From the IMG/VR virus record IMGVR_UViG_3300038393_000245, positions 12,289 to 76,288 of that record: 64,000 bases of DNA; one strand, written 5' to 3'. The position numbers were made by a program, and so were the translations under genes. This DNA comes from a virus. Lineage: Duplodnaviria > Heunggongvirae > Uroviricota > Caudoviricetes. Below the pieces are notes generated by a model, which was not told the DNA's origin, searched no databases, and worked only from the letters and a program-made list of their open reading frames with translations. Of this stretch, positions 41,961 through 53,600 are shown one piece after another. Every line of letters begins with the position of its first letter. Position 1 is the stretch's first letter.

Positions 41961-43547
41961 TTACTTTCCTTGTTCAGGCATTGGAGGCAGTTCTGGTGAT
42001 TCATTGAAACCATTTGAATCCGGATCTAAAACTGCCTGATTATATTGTGGATTTAGTAGTTCTTGAGCAATTTGCATGTCTATCTTCAAAATTTCTTCAT
42101 CATCTTGACGAAGAACTTCTTTCCTGACTTGTTCCCATGAGAACACCTTTCCAATGTATGGATATAACTGCTCTAATAAGTTTAATCTATTGCTTAAAAC
42201 TTCTGCTTCTTTAAGCTCTGCAAAGTAATTGTCTCTTGCAAATCTGAACTTGATCTGATCTCTAATCAGAACCCAATCATCATAAGTGGCAATTCCCTTA
42301 AGAATTAACTGTTTCTCGAGCAACTGTAAGAACAGCTTCGTGAATCTAGTTCTTAGACGATCTATAAACTTTGCAAACTTAATTTCATCTCGACTAATCT
42401 GAGTAGCTCTTCCTAGATCGAACATGGCTTCTGAATCTAGACGAGTTACAGGAACATTAAGAGCCCTATACAATTGTTTCTGGAAGTATAGAACATCATC
42501 CATCTCTCCAAGATTCTGACCTCCCGGAAGAGTATCGACTTGAGTTCCTCTGCCACCTTCTCGACGAGGAAGCCAATAGTCTTCGAGCATCGTCATATAC
42601 TTTCGATCGTCTCGAATCTCACCAGTTGCAGAATCATAGACCAAGCGATTCTTATGCTTAGTCATAATATCCTTAAGATACTGTTCCGCTTTCATCTTTG
42701 GAAGGTTTCCGACGTCTACATACCAGATTCTTCTTTCTGGAGCTCTAGATAATCTGTAAATAATCGCAGCATTTTCAAGAGTTCGAAGCTGGTTACACTC
42801 TCTAAGAGCTTTCTGAAGGTGAGAAAGAACAAGAGTTCCATTGGCATCGGTAAGTCCAGAGCTTATAAGAACAATAGAGTCTCTAGCGATCTTAAGACCA
42901 TTAGTTACTCCCTGTTGGACACCTCCAATGGTTTGATTTCTAGTTGAGAAGCCTCTTTCATTATAAATGTAGTATTCATTAACGGTCTTAGTCAGAGTAG
43001 CATCACCCTGATTCTTATCTTTTATGGGCTCTCTCTTGATCTCTCGAATTTTACGAATTTTCCTAGGATCGAGATACCTTAATTCAGAAATTCCTTCAGC
43101 AGGATTATTTACAATGACATGGTAATAGAGTCTTCCATCAATATACCATCTTCTGAATACATCATAAGGTTCATGATTGAACTCTAAGAGCTTGAGAATC
43201 TTATCAAACTCTTGAACAATAATCTGCTTGATCTTTTCTTGAACTTGGACATCGTCTAGAACTATATCAACTACATCTTGATCCTCATCGAGAGTGATTG
43301 CTTCATTAACAATCTCATCAATGGCCGAATCTACTTCTGGTTGCTGAGATACTTCTCTATATTTTGATATTAGATCCGCTTCATTCCTGACGGTTCCATC
43401 TAGATCCACTACGGTACTATACGCACCACCAACCGCTCCGACAGACTGGACGAGAACGGCTCCATCATCATTGTTAGGTGGAGCGAATGAGACATTCTGG
43501 TTATCCAGTTGTGTCTTACGTTTAAACTCAAAACCAAAAAATTTCAT
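41961..43547 (-). CDS. gp20: portal protein gp20
   Basis: FRRWYIDGRLYYH, ELRYLDPRKIRK, YRLSRAPERR.WYVDVGNLP and EDYWLPRREGGRGT. Confidence 0.99.
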   Translation of the reverse strand: MKFFGFEFKRKTQLDNQNVSFAPPNNDDGAVLVQSVGAVGGAYSTVVDLDGTVRNEADLISKYREVSQQPEVDSAIDEIVNEAITLDEDQDVVDIVLDDVQVQEKIKQIIVQEFDKILKLLEFNHEPYDVFRRWYIDGRLYYHVIVNNPAEGISELRYLDPRKIRKIREIKREPIKDKNQGDATLTKTVNEYYIYNERGFSTRNQTIGGVQQGVTNGLKIARDSIVLISSGLTDANGTLVLSHLQKALRECNQLRTLENAAIIYRLSRAPERRIWYVDVGNLPKMKAEQYLKDIMTKHKNRLVYDSATGEIRDDRKYMTMLEDYWLPRREGGRGTQVDTLPGGQNLGEMDDVLYFQKQLYRALNVPVTRLDSEAMFDLGRATQISRDEIKFAKFIDRLRTRFTKLFLQLLEKQLILKGIATYDDWVLIRDQIKFRFARDNYFAELKEAEVLSNRLNLLEQLYPYIGKVFSWEQVRKEVLRQDDEEILKIDMQIAQELLNPQYNQAVLDPDSNGFNESPELPPMPEQGK

Positions 43548-43567
43548 CTAATAACTCCAGAGGCAAT

Positions 43568-43618
43568 GAAAGGGGCTTGTGGCCCCTTCCATGCGATCAC
43601 AAAGAGGCAATCTTTGTG
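43568..43618 (-). terminator. two hairpins between gp19 and gp20
   Basis: CACAAAGA/TCTTTGTG and GAAGGGGC/GCCCCTTTC. Confidence 0.45.
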
Positions 43619-43619
43619 C

Positions 43620-43626
43620 TATTTAT
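43620..43626 (-). promoter_or_regulatory. late promoter motif upstream of gp20
   Basis: ATAAATA overlapping the gp19 stop. Confidence 0.45.
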
Positions 43627-44171
43627 TATAGCCCGAGAAGGCTTCCACCTGTGATTGCTTCCCACCAGTCGAATGAGAACGTAGCCTCATAGACTTCAAT
43701 TTGATTCTTGTTATCCCAGCTCAGCTCAATTGGACCAATCATAGTTGGGAACAATCCAACCATCTCATATCGGCGAAGGACATTTCCCTCTTTTCCATAC
43801 TGAGTGATTATAGCCTCTCTCTTGTATTGGCGATCTCGTCGAAGATTGGCTACATGAGAGTTCTGAACTTGGCTCCACTGCTCGAGCATGTCTCGAACAA
43901 GGAAGTCTTCATCATTGATAATAGACACGGTCCAATCAGGGAATGTTCTATCACCAGACACCTTAATCTCTCGTCCAAAGTATCCAACTGGAATCGCCTC
44001 TACAATGGCAGGAGGGATTTGAGTGGCTCGACACATGAACTTAATCTTTTCAATGGTGGCTCCACTTGCTGTACCAGCAGGAGGATTGTTAATCTCCACC
44101 TGGAACAATGTAGGACGAGCACCATGGAAGGTTAGTCCACGTGACTTAAAGTCCTGTACGTTGAATGCCAT
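43626..44171 (-). CDS. gp19: tail tube protein gp19
   Basis: ARPTLFQV, YFGREIK..GDRTF.DWTV.IINDEDF and F.FDWW. Confidence 0.97.
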   Translation of the reverse strand: MAFNVQDFKSRGLTFHGARPTLFQVEINNPPAGTASGATIEKIKFMCRATQIPPAIVEAIPVGYFGREIKVSGDRTFPDWTVSIINDEDFLVRDMLEQWSQVQNSHVANLRRDRQYKREAIITQYGKEGNVLRRYEMVGLFPTMIGPIELSWDNKNQIEVYEATFSFDWWEAITGGSLLGL

Positions 44172-44189
44172 CGTTGTTCTCCTCTTTAG

Positions 44190-44196
44190 TATTTAT
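44190..44196 (-). promoter_or_regulatory. late promoter for gp19
   Basis: ATAAATA upstream of GAGGAG RBS. Confidence 0.6.
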
Positions 44197-46229
44197 TAGA
44201 ACTGCCCGATGATTTCATTGAACTGGACACTTCCACGAACAGCAACGAAATTAAGCTGGATGCTACGAATAGCCCTGTTAGGCTTAATGTAGATGTCTCC
44301 AACGAACTCTTCTTGGTCGATGACTTCATCAGTGTTATTTGTTGAGTCACAGATTACTTCGAATGAGGTAATTCCTCTTCGTCCCATAACGTCTCTTAGG
44401 AATGGAACCACTCGATTTCTGAACTGAGCTCGAGTAAAGTCATCATTGAACTCGAAGAGCATGTACTTAGCGTCTGTAGCTATAGCTTTTTCTAGAACGA
44501 TGAATAGTCTTCTGACGTTAATTGCTCTGAACGCTGAAGTCTTCTTAAGAAGAGTTCTGTCATCAAACAGAATTGGACCCTCTCCCTTTTCATTGATTAC
44601 GGCGTTGCATGATGCCTTAGAAAGAAGATCTCTCTCGGCTTTCTTTGGATTCCAAGATAGTTTAACGACGTTTTTAATTCGTCCACGATTGAACCCAGCA
44701 AATGACCACCATGCATCATTAGTGGTGTCTGTTCTCGCAGCGAGTCCCGCGATATCACCATTTAGAGGAATCCATCGATAGATATCATTGTACTTGTCGT
44801 ACTGATATTTGTATCCACTGTCAAGGAATCCATAAGAGCTTCCACGGAGGTTCTCTGCGAAGTTAACCACATCCTCGACTTCTCCACCCTCATTGCTTAC
44901 CACGGTTTCTTTCGGAGGAGAAGCAAAAACAATGCAATCTTTTCTATCGTCTGCTAGATTGTCGATAAGATAATTGACCTTAGTGATACCGTCGGTTGAA
45001 CGAGCTTTTCCAGCTAGAACAAATGACACATCAACCTCGGTTGGGTCTGAAAGAAGATCGTATCCTACCGCCATATTTGATAGAGATATGGTAGATTCAT
45101 CACTACCATCATCACCACCAGCAAAACGCACAGATAGAGCGTCATCAGTTGTTGCTGATGTGATAAGAGCAGCGGTATTAGAATCCGCTCCAGTTCTGTC
45201 CGAAGACCACCATAGATACTTTGATCCGGTGTTTATAACAGTCTTATAATAGTTGGTGCTTCCATCTTCAGTCTTGGAATCGGTGGCTCTTGATAGACCA
45301 GAATACACCTCGAGGACGGATCCTGGAACACCGGTAAAGCTTCCCCCGTCATCGACGACCACGATATGAAGCTCGTCTTGGGCTGCCGTATTTCCGAATG
45401 ATTCAACGTAATTCGATGTTCCTGGAGCTCTATCGACGATGTTGTGGAACTCCCAATATCGAGATAGAGTATCAGATGCCCAATCGGTGTGAAGACGATA
45501 TGGCTCTGCAAGGTTAACACTGAAAGTAGAAATCGTAGAGTTACCAGTGACCGCTCCAATTGAAGCGATCTTCACGTACTGACTACCAATGGTTGTATTT
45601 CCAACTAGAAGATTGTCTCCAGTCTGAAGTTCGGCTGCTAGAGCATATGCTTGAGAGTTAGCAGTAGCTTGAGTGCCGGTTCCGGCAAATCCGACCGAAA
45701 CAGTAGCAACAGATGAACCTACCTGGAAAGAGACGTTAGAAGTTGACGCTATGCTTGAATTAGCTACGATAGAAATATCTCTCGAATAAGCATTTGTACT
45801 ATCACATACAGATACTCGAAGAGAGTTTCCTAGATCTCCAGGATATTTTGCGATGTATGCAACATTAGAGCTTAGAGCAATCTCACCAGAATTGTAATGA
45901 TCCTCATTATCAATAGTAAGTGTATTAGCAGCCGGAGCACTAGAACCTGGAAACACAGCTAGAGCCGATGTTCCATCGTTAACTCGAATGGTGTGAAGAG
46001 CGTTTCCGTATTGCAGGAAATTGGCTGCTACAAACCAGGTTTCAGCGTTGAAATTAGTTGGCTTATGGAACTTCGATACCAGATCAGGTTCTGAGGTGAC
46101 TAGCACTCTCTTACCAACTGGACCCCAACGAAATACACCAGCGATACCCGCCTCTGAGGTCGAGACTGCTGGGACACCAGTCGAAGCATCGATCTCCGAA
46201 ACGTTTACTGCAGGACTAATTGTGAACAT
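44196..46229 (-). CDS. gp18: tail sheath protein gp18
   Basis: SP.V...E.D, F.WGP, D.YND.YRWIPLNGDIAGL.ARTD, INVRRLF and FEFND..TR..F. Confidence 0.98.
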   Translation of the reverse strand: MFTISPAVNVSEIDASTGVPAVSTSEAGIAGVFRWGPVGKRVLVTSEPDLVSKFHKPTNFNAETWFVAANFLQYGNALHTIRVNDGTSALAVFPGSSAPAANTLTIDNEDHYNSGEIALSSNVAYIAKYPGDLGNSLRVSVCDSTNAYSRDISIVANSSIASTSNVSFQVGSSVATVSVGFAGTGTQATANSQAYALAAELQTGDNLLVGNTTIGSQYVKIASIGAVTGNSTISTFSVNLAEPYRLHTDWASDTLSRYWEFHNIVDRAPGTSNYVESFGNTAAQDELHIVVVDDGGSFTGVPGSVLEVYSGLSRATDSKTEDGSTNYYKTVINTGSKYLWWSSDRTGADSNTAALITSATTDDALSVRFAGGDDGSDESTISLSNMAVGYDLLSDPTEVDVSFVLAGKARSTDGITKVNYLIDNLADDRKDCIVFASPPKETVVSNEGGEVEDVVNFAENLRGSSYGFLDSGYKYQYDKYNDIYRWIPLNGDIAGLAARTDTTNDAWWSFAGFNRGRIKNVVKLSWNPKKAERDLLSKASCNAVINEKGEGPILFDDRTLLKKTSAFRAINVRRLFIVLEKAIATDAKYMLFEFNDDFTRAQFRNRVVPFLRDVMGRRGITSFEVICDSTNNTDEVIDQEEFVGDIYIKPNRAIRSIQLNFVAVRGSVQFNEIIGQF

Positions 46230-46267
46230 GGGATTCTCCTTTCGCCCAATCTTCTAATAGTTTCTAG

Positions 46268-46275
46268 TATTTATA
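46268..46275 (-). promoter_or_regulatory. late promoter for gp18
   Basis: TATAAATA. Confidence 0.7.
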
Positions 46276-46287
46276 GGAGGCGTTCCC

Positions 46288-48012
46288 TTACCACGAACCC
46301 ATCCAGTTCCATCCGGGCGGTGCTTCTTCCTCTTCTTGAGGATCTTGGTGGTTGTCAACAAATCCGAAAGGAGTTAAATCACCCTCTAATTCTTCATCTG
46401 TTTTTTCTCTGAGCCTCAAGAGAGTATTGATATCAGTATACTCTTTAAAAAATAACTGCTGAGTCATCCAAGCGAAGAATACTAGACCCATTACTAGATC
46501 ATCATGCTTTCCTGGCTCGGCTTGATATTGTTTTCCCTTTAGAGAGAACGTCGATAATTCGTGGATGGTTTCATAATCATTAATCACGAGTTGCTGCTGT
46601 TCAATCATGAGCTTCAACATAGCGCATCCAGTTCCTTTTACAGGATTTGTCGTTCTGAGGCCCATATCTACGGCGCCACCTCCAAATCCGGAGCAAATTC
46701 TCTTTCCCGCTCTACCAGCATTTTCTGTAAAGAGTAGACCCTCATACTCATACTCTTCCCATAGGATTCGTGCTAATTCTTCTCCCAGGTCATTAAGCTC
46801 GACTAAACAGACGGCATTATTATAGGCTTTCATAGTGGCCAATATGAGTTTAGCATAATCTGGAGGAGCCATAACATTATTTCTGAAAACGCACACTTGC
46901 TGATACGGCATCTCAGTAACGTCGATGATATTAAACGCTGAATAATCTAGTCCCTTACCCCTAGAGCAATCCACCGTAGCAACATATCTTCTAGAAGAAT
47001 CTGGTTCAAAATATTTGTACAGACCTTCTTTTTGATAAATTGGATTTCTATGAATGAGACACTTAAGAGATCCACCGGAGATAAGAGTATTCGAACTTCC
47101 TAAGAATTCAACACAATATTCTTGGTTGAATTTCTCGATATCATTAGACATTCCCTTAAGAACGGCATCTCGCCATTCATTGTTTCTTCCAGGAACGTCA
47201 TACCACATCACTTTGATCGGATTATAATCATTCCTTCTGGCCTCATCACTGACCGAACCATCTTCCTGAATTCCAGTCTCAACCCACAACTTATGGAAAT
47301 GGTTTAAACCATTTGGAGTAGAAACAAGAACAACTTTAGTGGATTTTCCCGATGAAACGGTAGGGAAAACTGAAGTAAAGAATTCGTCCCATCCCTCAAT
47401 GAACGCAGCCTCATCAATGAATAGCATATTGATAGTATACCCTCGAATGTTATCACTCGAAGTAGAACCAGCAAGAACACGAGAACCGTTCTCAAGGAGA
47501 ACGGAACCTTTATTCCATTCGACTATTCCCTGTTGAAGCCATTTAGGAAGATATTGATATGCCAACTGAACTCTGCTCAAGATTTCTCGAGCGGTATCTC
47601 CCTTATTGGCCAAGAGAGCTACAGTCTTCTCTTTGTTAAAGATGATATACCATAAGATGAATCCACAAGTTGTAGTGGATTTTCCTGCCTGACGAGCCGT
47701 GGCAATAATCGACATTCGATTTTCTGCCATAGACTTAACCATCTGTTTCTGATAACCATATAGTTCAAAATTAACGAGACCGTAATCTACGTTAATAATT
47801 TTCATATACGTTTCAATGAAATAGATTGGATCCTGAGAACACTTCATGTATTCTTCTAAGCGCTCTGGATTCCATTCAATCTGTTCTCCTACGCGCTTAA
47901 GTTGTGGATTTCCAAAATATCCCTTAGTGATCGTGATATCATCTACGGGAGCTGTTAATTTAAACACTCCTTCTGGAAGATACTCTTGATCATTTTCAGT
48001 TTTATCACTCAT
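46288..48012 (-). CDS. gp17: terminase large subunit gp17
   Basis: ARQAGKST, IDEAAF, STPNG.NHF, FNQEY and HDDLVM. Confidence 0.98.
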   Translation of the reverse strand: MSDKTENDQEYLPEGVFKLTAPVDDITITKGYFGNPQLKRVGEQIEWNPERLEEYMKCSQDPIYFIETYMKIINVDYGLVNFELYGYQKQMVKSMAENRMSIIATARQAGKSTTTCGFILWYIIFNKEKTVALLANKGDTAREILSRVQLAYQYLPKWLQQGIVEWNKGSVLLENGSRVLAGSTSSDNIRGYTINMLFIDEAAFIEGWDEFFTSVFPTVSSGKSTKVVLVSTPNGLNHFHKLWVETGIQEDGSVSDEARRNDYNPIKVMWYDVPGRNNEWRDAVLKGMSNDIEKFNQEYCVEFLGSSNTLISGGSLKCLIHRNPIYQKEGLYKYFEPDSSRRYVATVDCSRGKGLDYSAFNIIDVTEMPYQQVCVFRNNVMAPPDYAKLILATMKAYNNAVCLVELNDLGEELARILWEEYEYEGLLFTENAGRAGKRICSGFGGGAVDMGLRTTNPVKGTGCAMLKLMIEQQQLVINDYETIHELSTFSLKGKQYQAEPGKHDDLVMGLVFFAWMTQQLFFKEYTDINTLLRLREKTDEELEGDLTPFGFVDNHQDPQEEEEAPPGWNWMGSW

Positions 48013-48427
48013 CCTTCTTCTTCATATTTTCAAGCATTTGTTGTAATTCGGCAGTCGAACCTACAAATAAATTGTTATTAGTGATTCCAGCAACTCCCTT
48101 ACTATGAGGAGCCTCTTCTGGCTTCAAGTCGATTTTCTTTTTATGAGACTCCATAAGATCATTGTTAATATCTGCCGTTGCTTTTAAAAGAGTTGCAATA
48201 ACCTCAAATGCTCTTGGTTGTTGCGATTGCTTGGCGATTAACAAGATCTCATTTATAGCATCTTGACCTTGAGAGATTAATTCTTTAAGATTGTTTTGAA
48301 CATATTCAAAATCTATATCGATGCTATCATCTTTCTCGACTTCACACTCGATTGGAACCAGGGCATTTTCTTGCTCTGGACCTTCTTCACTCATTCCAAG
48401 TGCTTTTCTTATAATATCATCACTCAT
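48005..48427 (-). CDS. gp16: terminase small subunit gp16
   Basis: D.DFEY...NL..LI..G, PRAFEV and NNLFVGST.ELQ; start moved to ATG 48427. Confidence 0.92.
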   Translation of the reverse strand: MSDDIIRKALGMSEEGPEQENALVPIECEVEKDDSIDIDFEYVQNNLKELISQGQDAINEILLIAKQSQQPRAFEVIATLLKATADINNDLMESHKKKIDLKPEEAPHSKGVAGITNNNLFVGSTAELQQMLENMKKKDE

Positions 48428-49218
48428 GATATCTGATCTGGTCCTAAGATTTGAACTACATATCCCCAATCATCATCTGAATTAATGGTGTGAGGATCTA
48501 CTGAGTTATTTGCTATTGTTGTTGGCTCTCCATTCGCCGTCATTCCAGGTTGAGCCCTAAGTTCTTCCATGAGTTCTCTAGATTTAATGTCATTGAAATT
48601 AACATGAACAACCTTAATAACTTTACGAGGAGCAGAATCTATAGGTCCTCCAAACTCACCCTTCATTAAGAATTCTAGAGTCCAGATGATCGATCTTCTA
48701 TTCTGATAAGGTCCATAGGAATTATTCTGAACCGATGTAGATTGTAGAATAATTGGAACATCTATAGAATAGTTACCAAAGTCTGCAGTCACTGTTAGAG
48801 ATGGAGTAAAATATGGAAGTATCTGTTCTATGACTCTCAATCCATCCTCTTCTTCTTTTGCATAAATTTTTAGAGTGAATGGAATATTGTATGGAACCGG
48901 AACGAATTGAGTTCTAGTTCCATCTGGAGAAACAATACATCTTTTGAGAGTGCTTTGTAACTTTCTCGCAGGGTCGTATATTGGAGAACCCATTTGATAT
49001 GATATCATTGGACTGAAAGCAGCAACTGGTCTATCTAGCTCTGGATCTCCATGCAATCTCGCCAACATCTTATCTTCTGAAGAGTAGGCAAGAGGAACCT
49101 TAACGGTTTGAATAGTGGAGTCATTCCTCGGTCTAGTAATATGGATATCGTTAAACAACGTTCCAAATATAACTACATATTTTCTGGAATACTCGTTATA
49201 AAAAGTTTGACCGAACAT
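48424..49218 (-). CDS. gp15: tail sheath stabiliser/completion gp15
   Basis: FY....RKYV..FGTLFN.I, VPL.Y and EQILPYF.P. Confidence 0.93.
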   Translation of the reverse strand: MFGQTFYNEYSRKYVVIFGTLFNDIHITRPRNDSTIQTVKVPLAYSSEDKMLARLHGDPELDRPVAAFSPMISYQMGSPIYDPARKLQSTLKRCIVSPDGTRTQFVPVPYNIPFTLKIYAKEEEDGLRVIEQILPYFTPSLTVTADFGNYSIDVPIILQSTSVQNNSYGPYQNRRSIIWTLEFLMKGEFGGPIDSAPRKVIKVVHVNFNDIKSRELMEELRAQPGMTANGEPTTIANNSVDPHTINSDDDWGYVVQILGPDQIS

Positions 49219-49862
49219 TATAGAGTCGATCCTTTCCCGAATGGATCCTCTTCAGTCCAGTCGAGTATAGTATCACTCTCAGTTTGAATTTCCGAGCTCT
49301 GATCTTTCCAGTCTTGAATCTCATTCGTTTCAGAGCCATCCATAATGAATTCAGTGCTGATATTATCAATCTCTGGAATCCCAGTATTGAATTGCTCTCC
49401 TGAATATTCGAGTAGTTCTACGGTTAGGTCATAAGTCATTAATCTTCCAGCCTGATAAAATACAGACTGGTGATCAACGAATTTTATTTCATAGACTTTT
49501 TTGTCAAGAGGAAAATACATAAGATCTCCCTCTCCTGGCCGATCTCTATTAGTGATCTGCTTGAACACTTTTTGAGACATGGTAATCACCATGGAATCAC
49601 GAATCTCATGTCCAAGAACATCAGACATAAATTTACCATCTCCCTCAAAACCCATGTTTGTCTTGAGATAACACTCTATGGTAAACGCCTCATTATATGA
49701 ACTAGCTGTTCCTTCTCTGAATACCTCATCAAAATCATCAATTTGTCTAGGCATGAAATAAGTGTCGAATCCATACATTCTGACCGACTCAATAATGAGA
49801 TCCTCGATCAGGTCCTGTTCATTCGTAGCATTGTACAGGTTGAAATATGGGTTTACTGGCAT
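49218..49862 (-). CDS. gp14: neck protein gp14
   Basis: NPYFN, EQ.L..L..ES..M.G, P.EGDL.YFP and DPFG. Confidence 0.93.
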   Translation of the reverse strand: MPVNPYFNLYNATNEQDLIEDLIIESVRMYGFDTYFMPRQIDDFDEVFREGTASSYNEAFTIECYLKTNMGFEGDGKFMSDVLGHEIRDSMVITMSQKVFKQITNRDRPGEGDLMYFPLDKKVYEIKFVDHQSVFYQAGRLMTYDLTVELLEYSGEQFNTGIPEIDNISTEFIMDGSETNEIQDWKDQSSEIQTESDTILDWTEEDPFGKGSTL

Positions 49863-49886
49863 CAGAATATTGTCCTTGTTACTAAG

Positions 49887-49893
49887 TATTTAG
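49887..49893 (-). promoter_or_regulatory. late promoter motif for gp14
   Basis: CTAAATA. Confidence 0.55.
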
Positions 49894-49915
49894 TAATAAC
49901 AAAGACATTGAACTT

Positions 49916-50659
49916 CTAGGCGATCATGTCACTGACTGGAAGTGAGTAGCTGTTGATCATCTCCTCTTCCATTTCCTTAATCTCTTTCTCGGCCTCATCA
50001 TATATCTCTTGTCCATTCAATATAACGCCTCCAGGAAGTTGGATCTTTCCTAATTTCTTAAGATTGTTTCCCCACTGTCTCTTGACAAGAGCTGTACCAT
50101 ATTTTAGAAGCCATCTGTCAGCCCAAGCGTCTTGCCATAAATCTGGATCCACGACTTGATAGGCCTCAACAATAACATACTGCCCAGATTCCAAAAGAGT
50201 CCAATCAGTATCAATATAAAGCCTATTCATGTGGCGATTAAATCTTATTGGTTTTTCACCAACAAGAACCTCTTGAAGAACATTAAGATGCTGTCTCATC
50301 ATATAGTAAGGGACAACATCATAACTCGTCAGAGTATACAGATCATTAAGAGCAATCTGGTATTGAACATTAAACATGTTATTTGTGCTGGATGAATAAA
50401 ATCCTAGTTGAAATACTCTAACGGCCCCAATTATATTATCAGGCATATCGATATATTTGTTAGCTTTATCTTGATCTGTTATCTGATACTTAAAGTATAC
50501 TTTCTGAGAACCATCAAAGTGATAATCCCAATAATAACGAAGAGCCTCATCAATTCTATCGTCTACTTGATCATCAGACACATTGATATTGATAACCGGC
50601 TTTCCAAGAGCTCGGAGGCAATATTCTTTAAAATCTGACCTATTGACTGGTTTTGACAT
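49916..50659 (-). CDS. gp13: neck protein gp13
   Basis: YCLRALGKPVINI, DYHFDG, WLLKY.TAL.KRQWG.NL.K and LPGG. Confidence 0.95.
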   Translation of the reverse strand: MSKPVNRSDFKEYCLRALGKPVININVSDDQVDDRIDEALRYYWDYHFDGSQKVYFKYQITDQDKANKYIDMPDNIIGAVRVFQLGFYSSSTNNMFNVQYQIALNDLYTLTSYDVVPYYMMRQHLNVLQEVLVGEKPIRFNRHMNRLYIDTDWTLLESGQYVIVEAYQVVDPDLWQDAWADRWLLKYGTALVKRQWGNNLKKLGKIQLPGGVILNGQEIYDEAEKEIKEMEEEMINSYSLPVSDMIA

Positions 50660-50674
50660 TTGAATCTCTTTGTG

Positions 50675-53600
50675 TTACGCCGCGTTATATGATAGAGCCT
50701 TAGCTTTTGCTGTAGCATATGGCTCTATTGTACGATTTCCGGTTCTATCAGTGTGGGCCCACCATGCTGTACTTCCTTGAGTTCCTACATAGTCAAACAA
50801 CATCATTAAGTGTGGACATGTGAGAGCCATTTGATCAATATAATAAGCATGAGTAGTCGCGTATGTTGAGCTCTGTTTGTAAGCAGAAGTCATAGCAGTT
50901 GCTCTGGCTCCCATTCCAGCTCCAAGAGCATCATCCCAATTCTTTTCAGTTACAACGATATGCTGACTGGCTTCATAACTCACTAATCCAATAGAATTCT
51001 TATTCAATCCCTTACTAACAGAATAAGATGGAATCCAATCAAATAAAGTTTTAGTTAGACCAACTTCATAACTGAGAGCACTTCTCATTTGTATGTCGGC
51101 ATAAGTGTTGAAGTTAGTCTGATTTGAAGCTACAACAGCATCTCGAATATTCTGTGGTGTGTTTGTATAACTACCAACATCATGCCCGGATCCGTCAACG
51201 TTCATGTATGGAGCAGTTGCGATTACATCAATATGCTGATACGCATTGCCATCAATATCTAACATCGCTTTCCACGTATTAATTGATGTCGCAGTTTGCC
51301 ATGCTAAGACACCTTTAACTCTATTAGACTGAGAACCCCAAACCGCTTTCCAACGTGCTACTTTAGTTGCAGTCTCTCTCGCATGCAATAAATGTTTATT
51401 GTCTCCATTAGAAGGGCTATAAGCCGGATCTGAAGGATCCAAAGCTCTAGAACGATTTAATAACAATGTAGGAGAGTAATAACTCCAATTCCATCGCTCA
51501 TTCCCTACTTCTACATACACATCAATTCCAGAGTTGAGATGATCTCGATAGAAGGTAGCTTGTGCGTCAATGTAAGTATCATCAGCTAGGTCCGGAATGT
51601 TAACCCATATCATTTTGTGCCCAGATTGATTAGCCAAATCTGCAGACGCTTTCCATTCCATTCTTCCTCCAGAAGGAACATTATTTATTGCACTAAAACC
51701 TCCGACAGGGGTTGTAACAAAAATTTCAATAACCTGATCCCCGTGAATGTTTCTGCGTCCATAAAATGGAGAATAATCTCCTATTTTATCCATTCCGGCG
51801 TAAGGAATTCCAATGTCTGGTGCTGGACCTCCAGTTTCCCAAGTAGGAACGCCGGAAATAAAGAATGTATTTCCAATTGGAGTTGATCGATCAACTCTTA
51901 AGAACGGATTACTATCCGAAGTATAAACAATATCAAATGTTCCTGCGGATGTATTTGCGTTTTGCATTGTACAGCCTCCCGCAGAAGCAGCAAGATTCCA
52001 TTTTACTCCGGGTTGTGTTTTACAATGGAATGTTGCTGGATATCTAGCACTTGGAAGTTTCCATGGAGGAAAATACGCAATAGTTAAATTTGGATCATCA
52101 GGGAGTTTAGTGGGCAAACCACCCTCACTCAAGTTAACAGTGTTAGCCGAACAATATCCGTAAAGAGCCCATCCAGTCGTTGAACCACTTGGATCGGAAG
52201 TGCTTGGAGCAACTCCGGAACGCGCAGTGGCAACAGTTCTCCGGAACTGAATGCCATTATAGACACAGCATCGGTAATTATCACTTCCATCAACATCAGG
52301 ATACAGTTGAGTAGGACTGTAAGGCAAATTCCAGTTTCCATAATTTGGACTAAAATCTTGTCCTTTGGCTATGACTCCTACTCGATCTGAAGTAGATCCC
52401 GTTGTCATAACGCAAAGAGCATGAGTTGATGATAAGAATAGATCTCGTCCTGGTAGCTGATTTCCCCAATAATCGTCGAATGAATCATTAAGACCAAGTC
52501 TCATTTTTTGGTCGAGAACATAACCATTAGGCGCCGTTAGATATGATCCGGTATTGACAGATCCGCCTACATTTCGAACCAAGATTCGAAACTTTTCACC
52601 CTCGTGAACGTGATCGCTAAGCAATGCAGTAGCTGTTGCTGTAGTTCCAGAAAGAGTCATCGAAGTCCAATCGGTTACAAATTCTCCCGATTCAGTTTCG
52701 ATTTTATATTGAGCACCGGTGGCTCCAGTTGCAGATATATTAGCAGTAATATCAATTTGCTTCTGATACGGGAGACCTCCTGATTGTACATTAATAATTG
52801 CTGATGAAATTGTGTTGGACAATAAACTAGTATATGTTAGAGCATTAATCAGATTATCTCCAGCAGGAGGCCTATTTCCAGTATATTGATTTGTAAAACC
52901 GGATTTAGATGTCCAAGGTCCGGTCCATGCGCTTAAATCATAACCAGCTGGATCTCCTGCCGCTACATTATTCTGAAAAGCGTAGATTCTTTTTGCAGTG
53001 TCGTCGATTTTGATCTTGAGCTTATCACCGTCTTGCCATGGCGATGGAAGACTACTAATAATAATATCAACGGAACCTGCAGTAATTCGGATCCACTGAG
53101 CATATAGCTTATCTGATCGAACAAGAACTCGTATTCCGGTAGGTGTGCTTCCATCTGGAGAATTTGCTGAAAAAATAAATTGTGGATTTTGTTCTGTTCC
53201 TGCAGCATCTTCCAAGCATAGAGTGATCTCCCAAATTCCTCCCGGAGCTCCGAAATCACGAACAGTGGCTGTATTCCACGCTCCACTGGTATTCGAGTAT
53301 GTCTGCTGAACTTTTCCATTATAAATTCGAAGCATCTGGCAAAAGCCAGTTGTATCTGCGTCACCATTTTGCCATCCAATTGCATCCCATCCGGATATAT
53401 GAGGAGATGCAGTATTGGCGTATGTTCCAACTCCAGTCTGATATCTAGATGCTAATCTAGTTCCATCAGAATAAGAATTGAAATCTTCCGAAAAAGTAGG
53501 AGGATCATAATATGACCCAAGGAAACTCTTAGCAACAACAGATCCTGGTAGAGCTGTCACTCGATATTCGAGTGACTTTGACGTATCAGAGTCAGTATAG

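Noticed and set aside
571-48012. Inteins or introns in gp43, uvsW, gp46, gp17 or gp42
   Set aside because: Lengths and motif spacing are normal, with no splice motifs or interruptions seen
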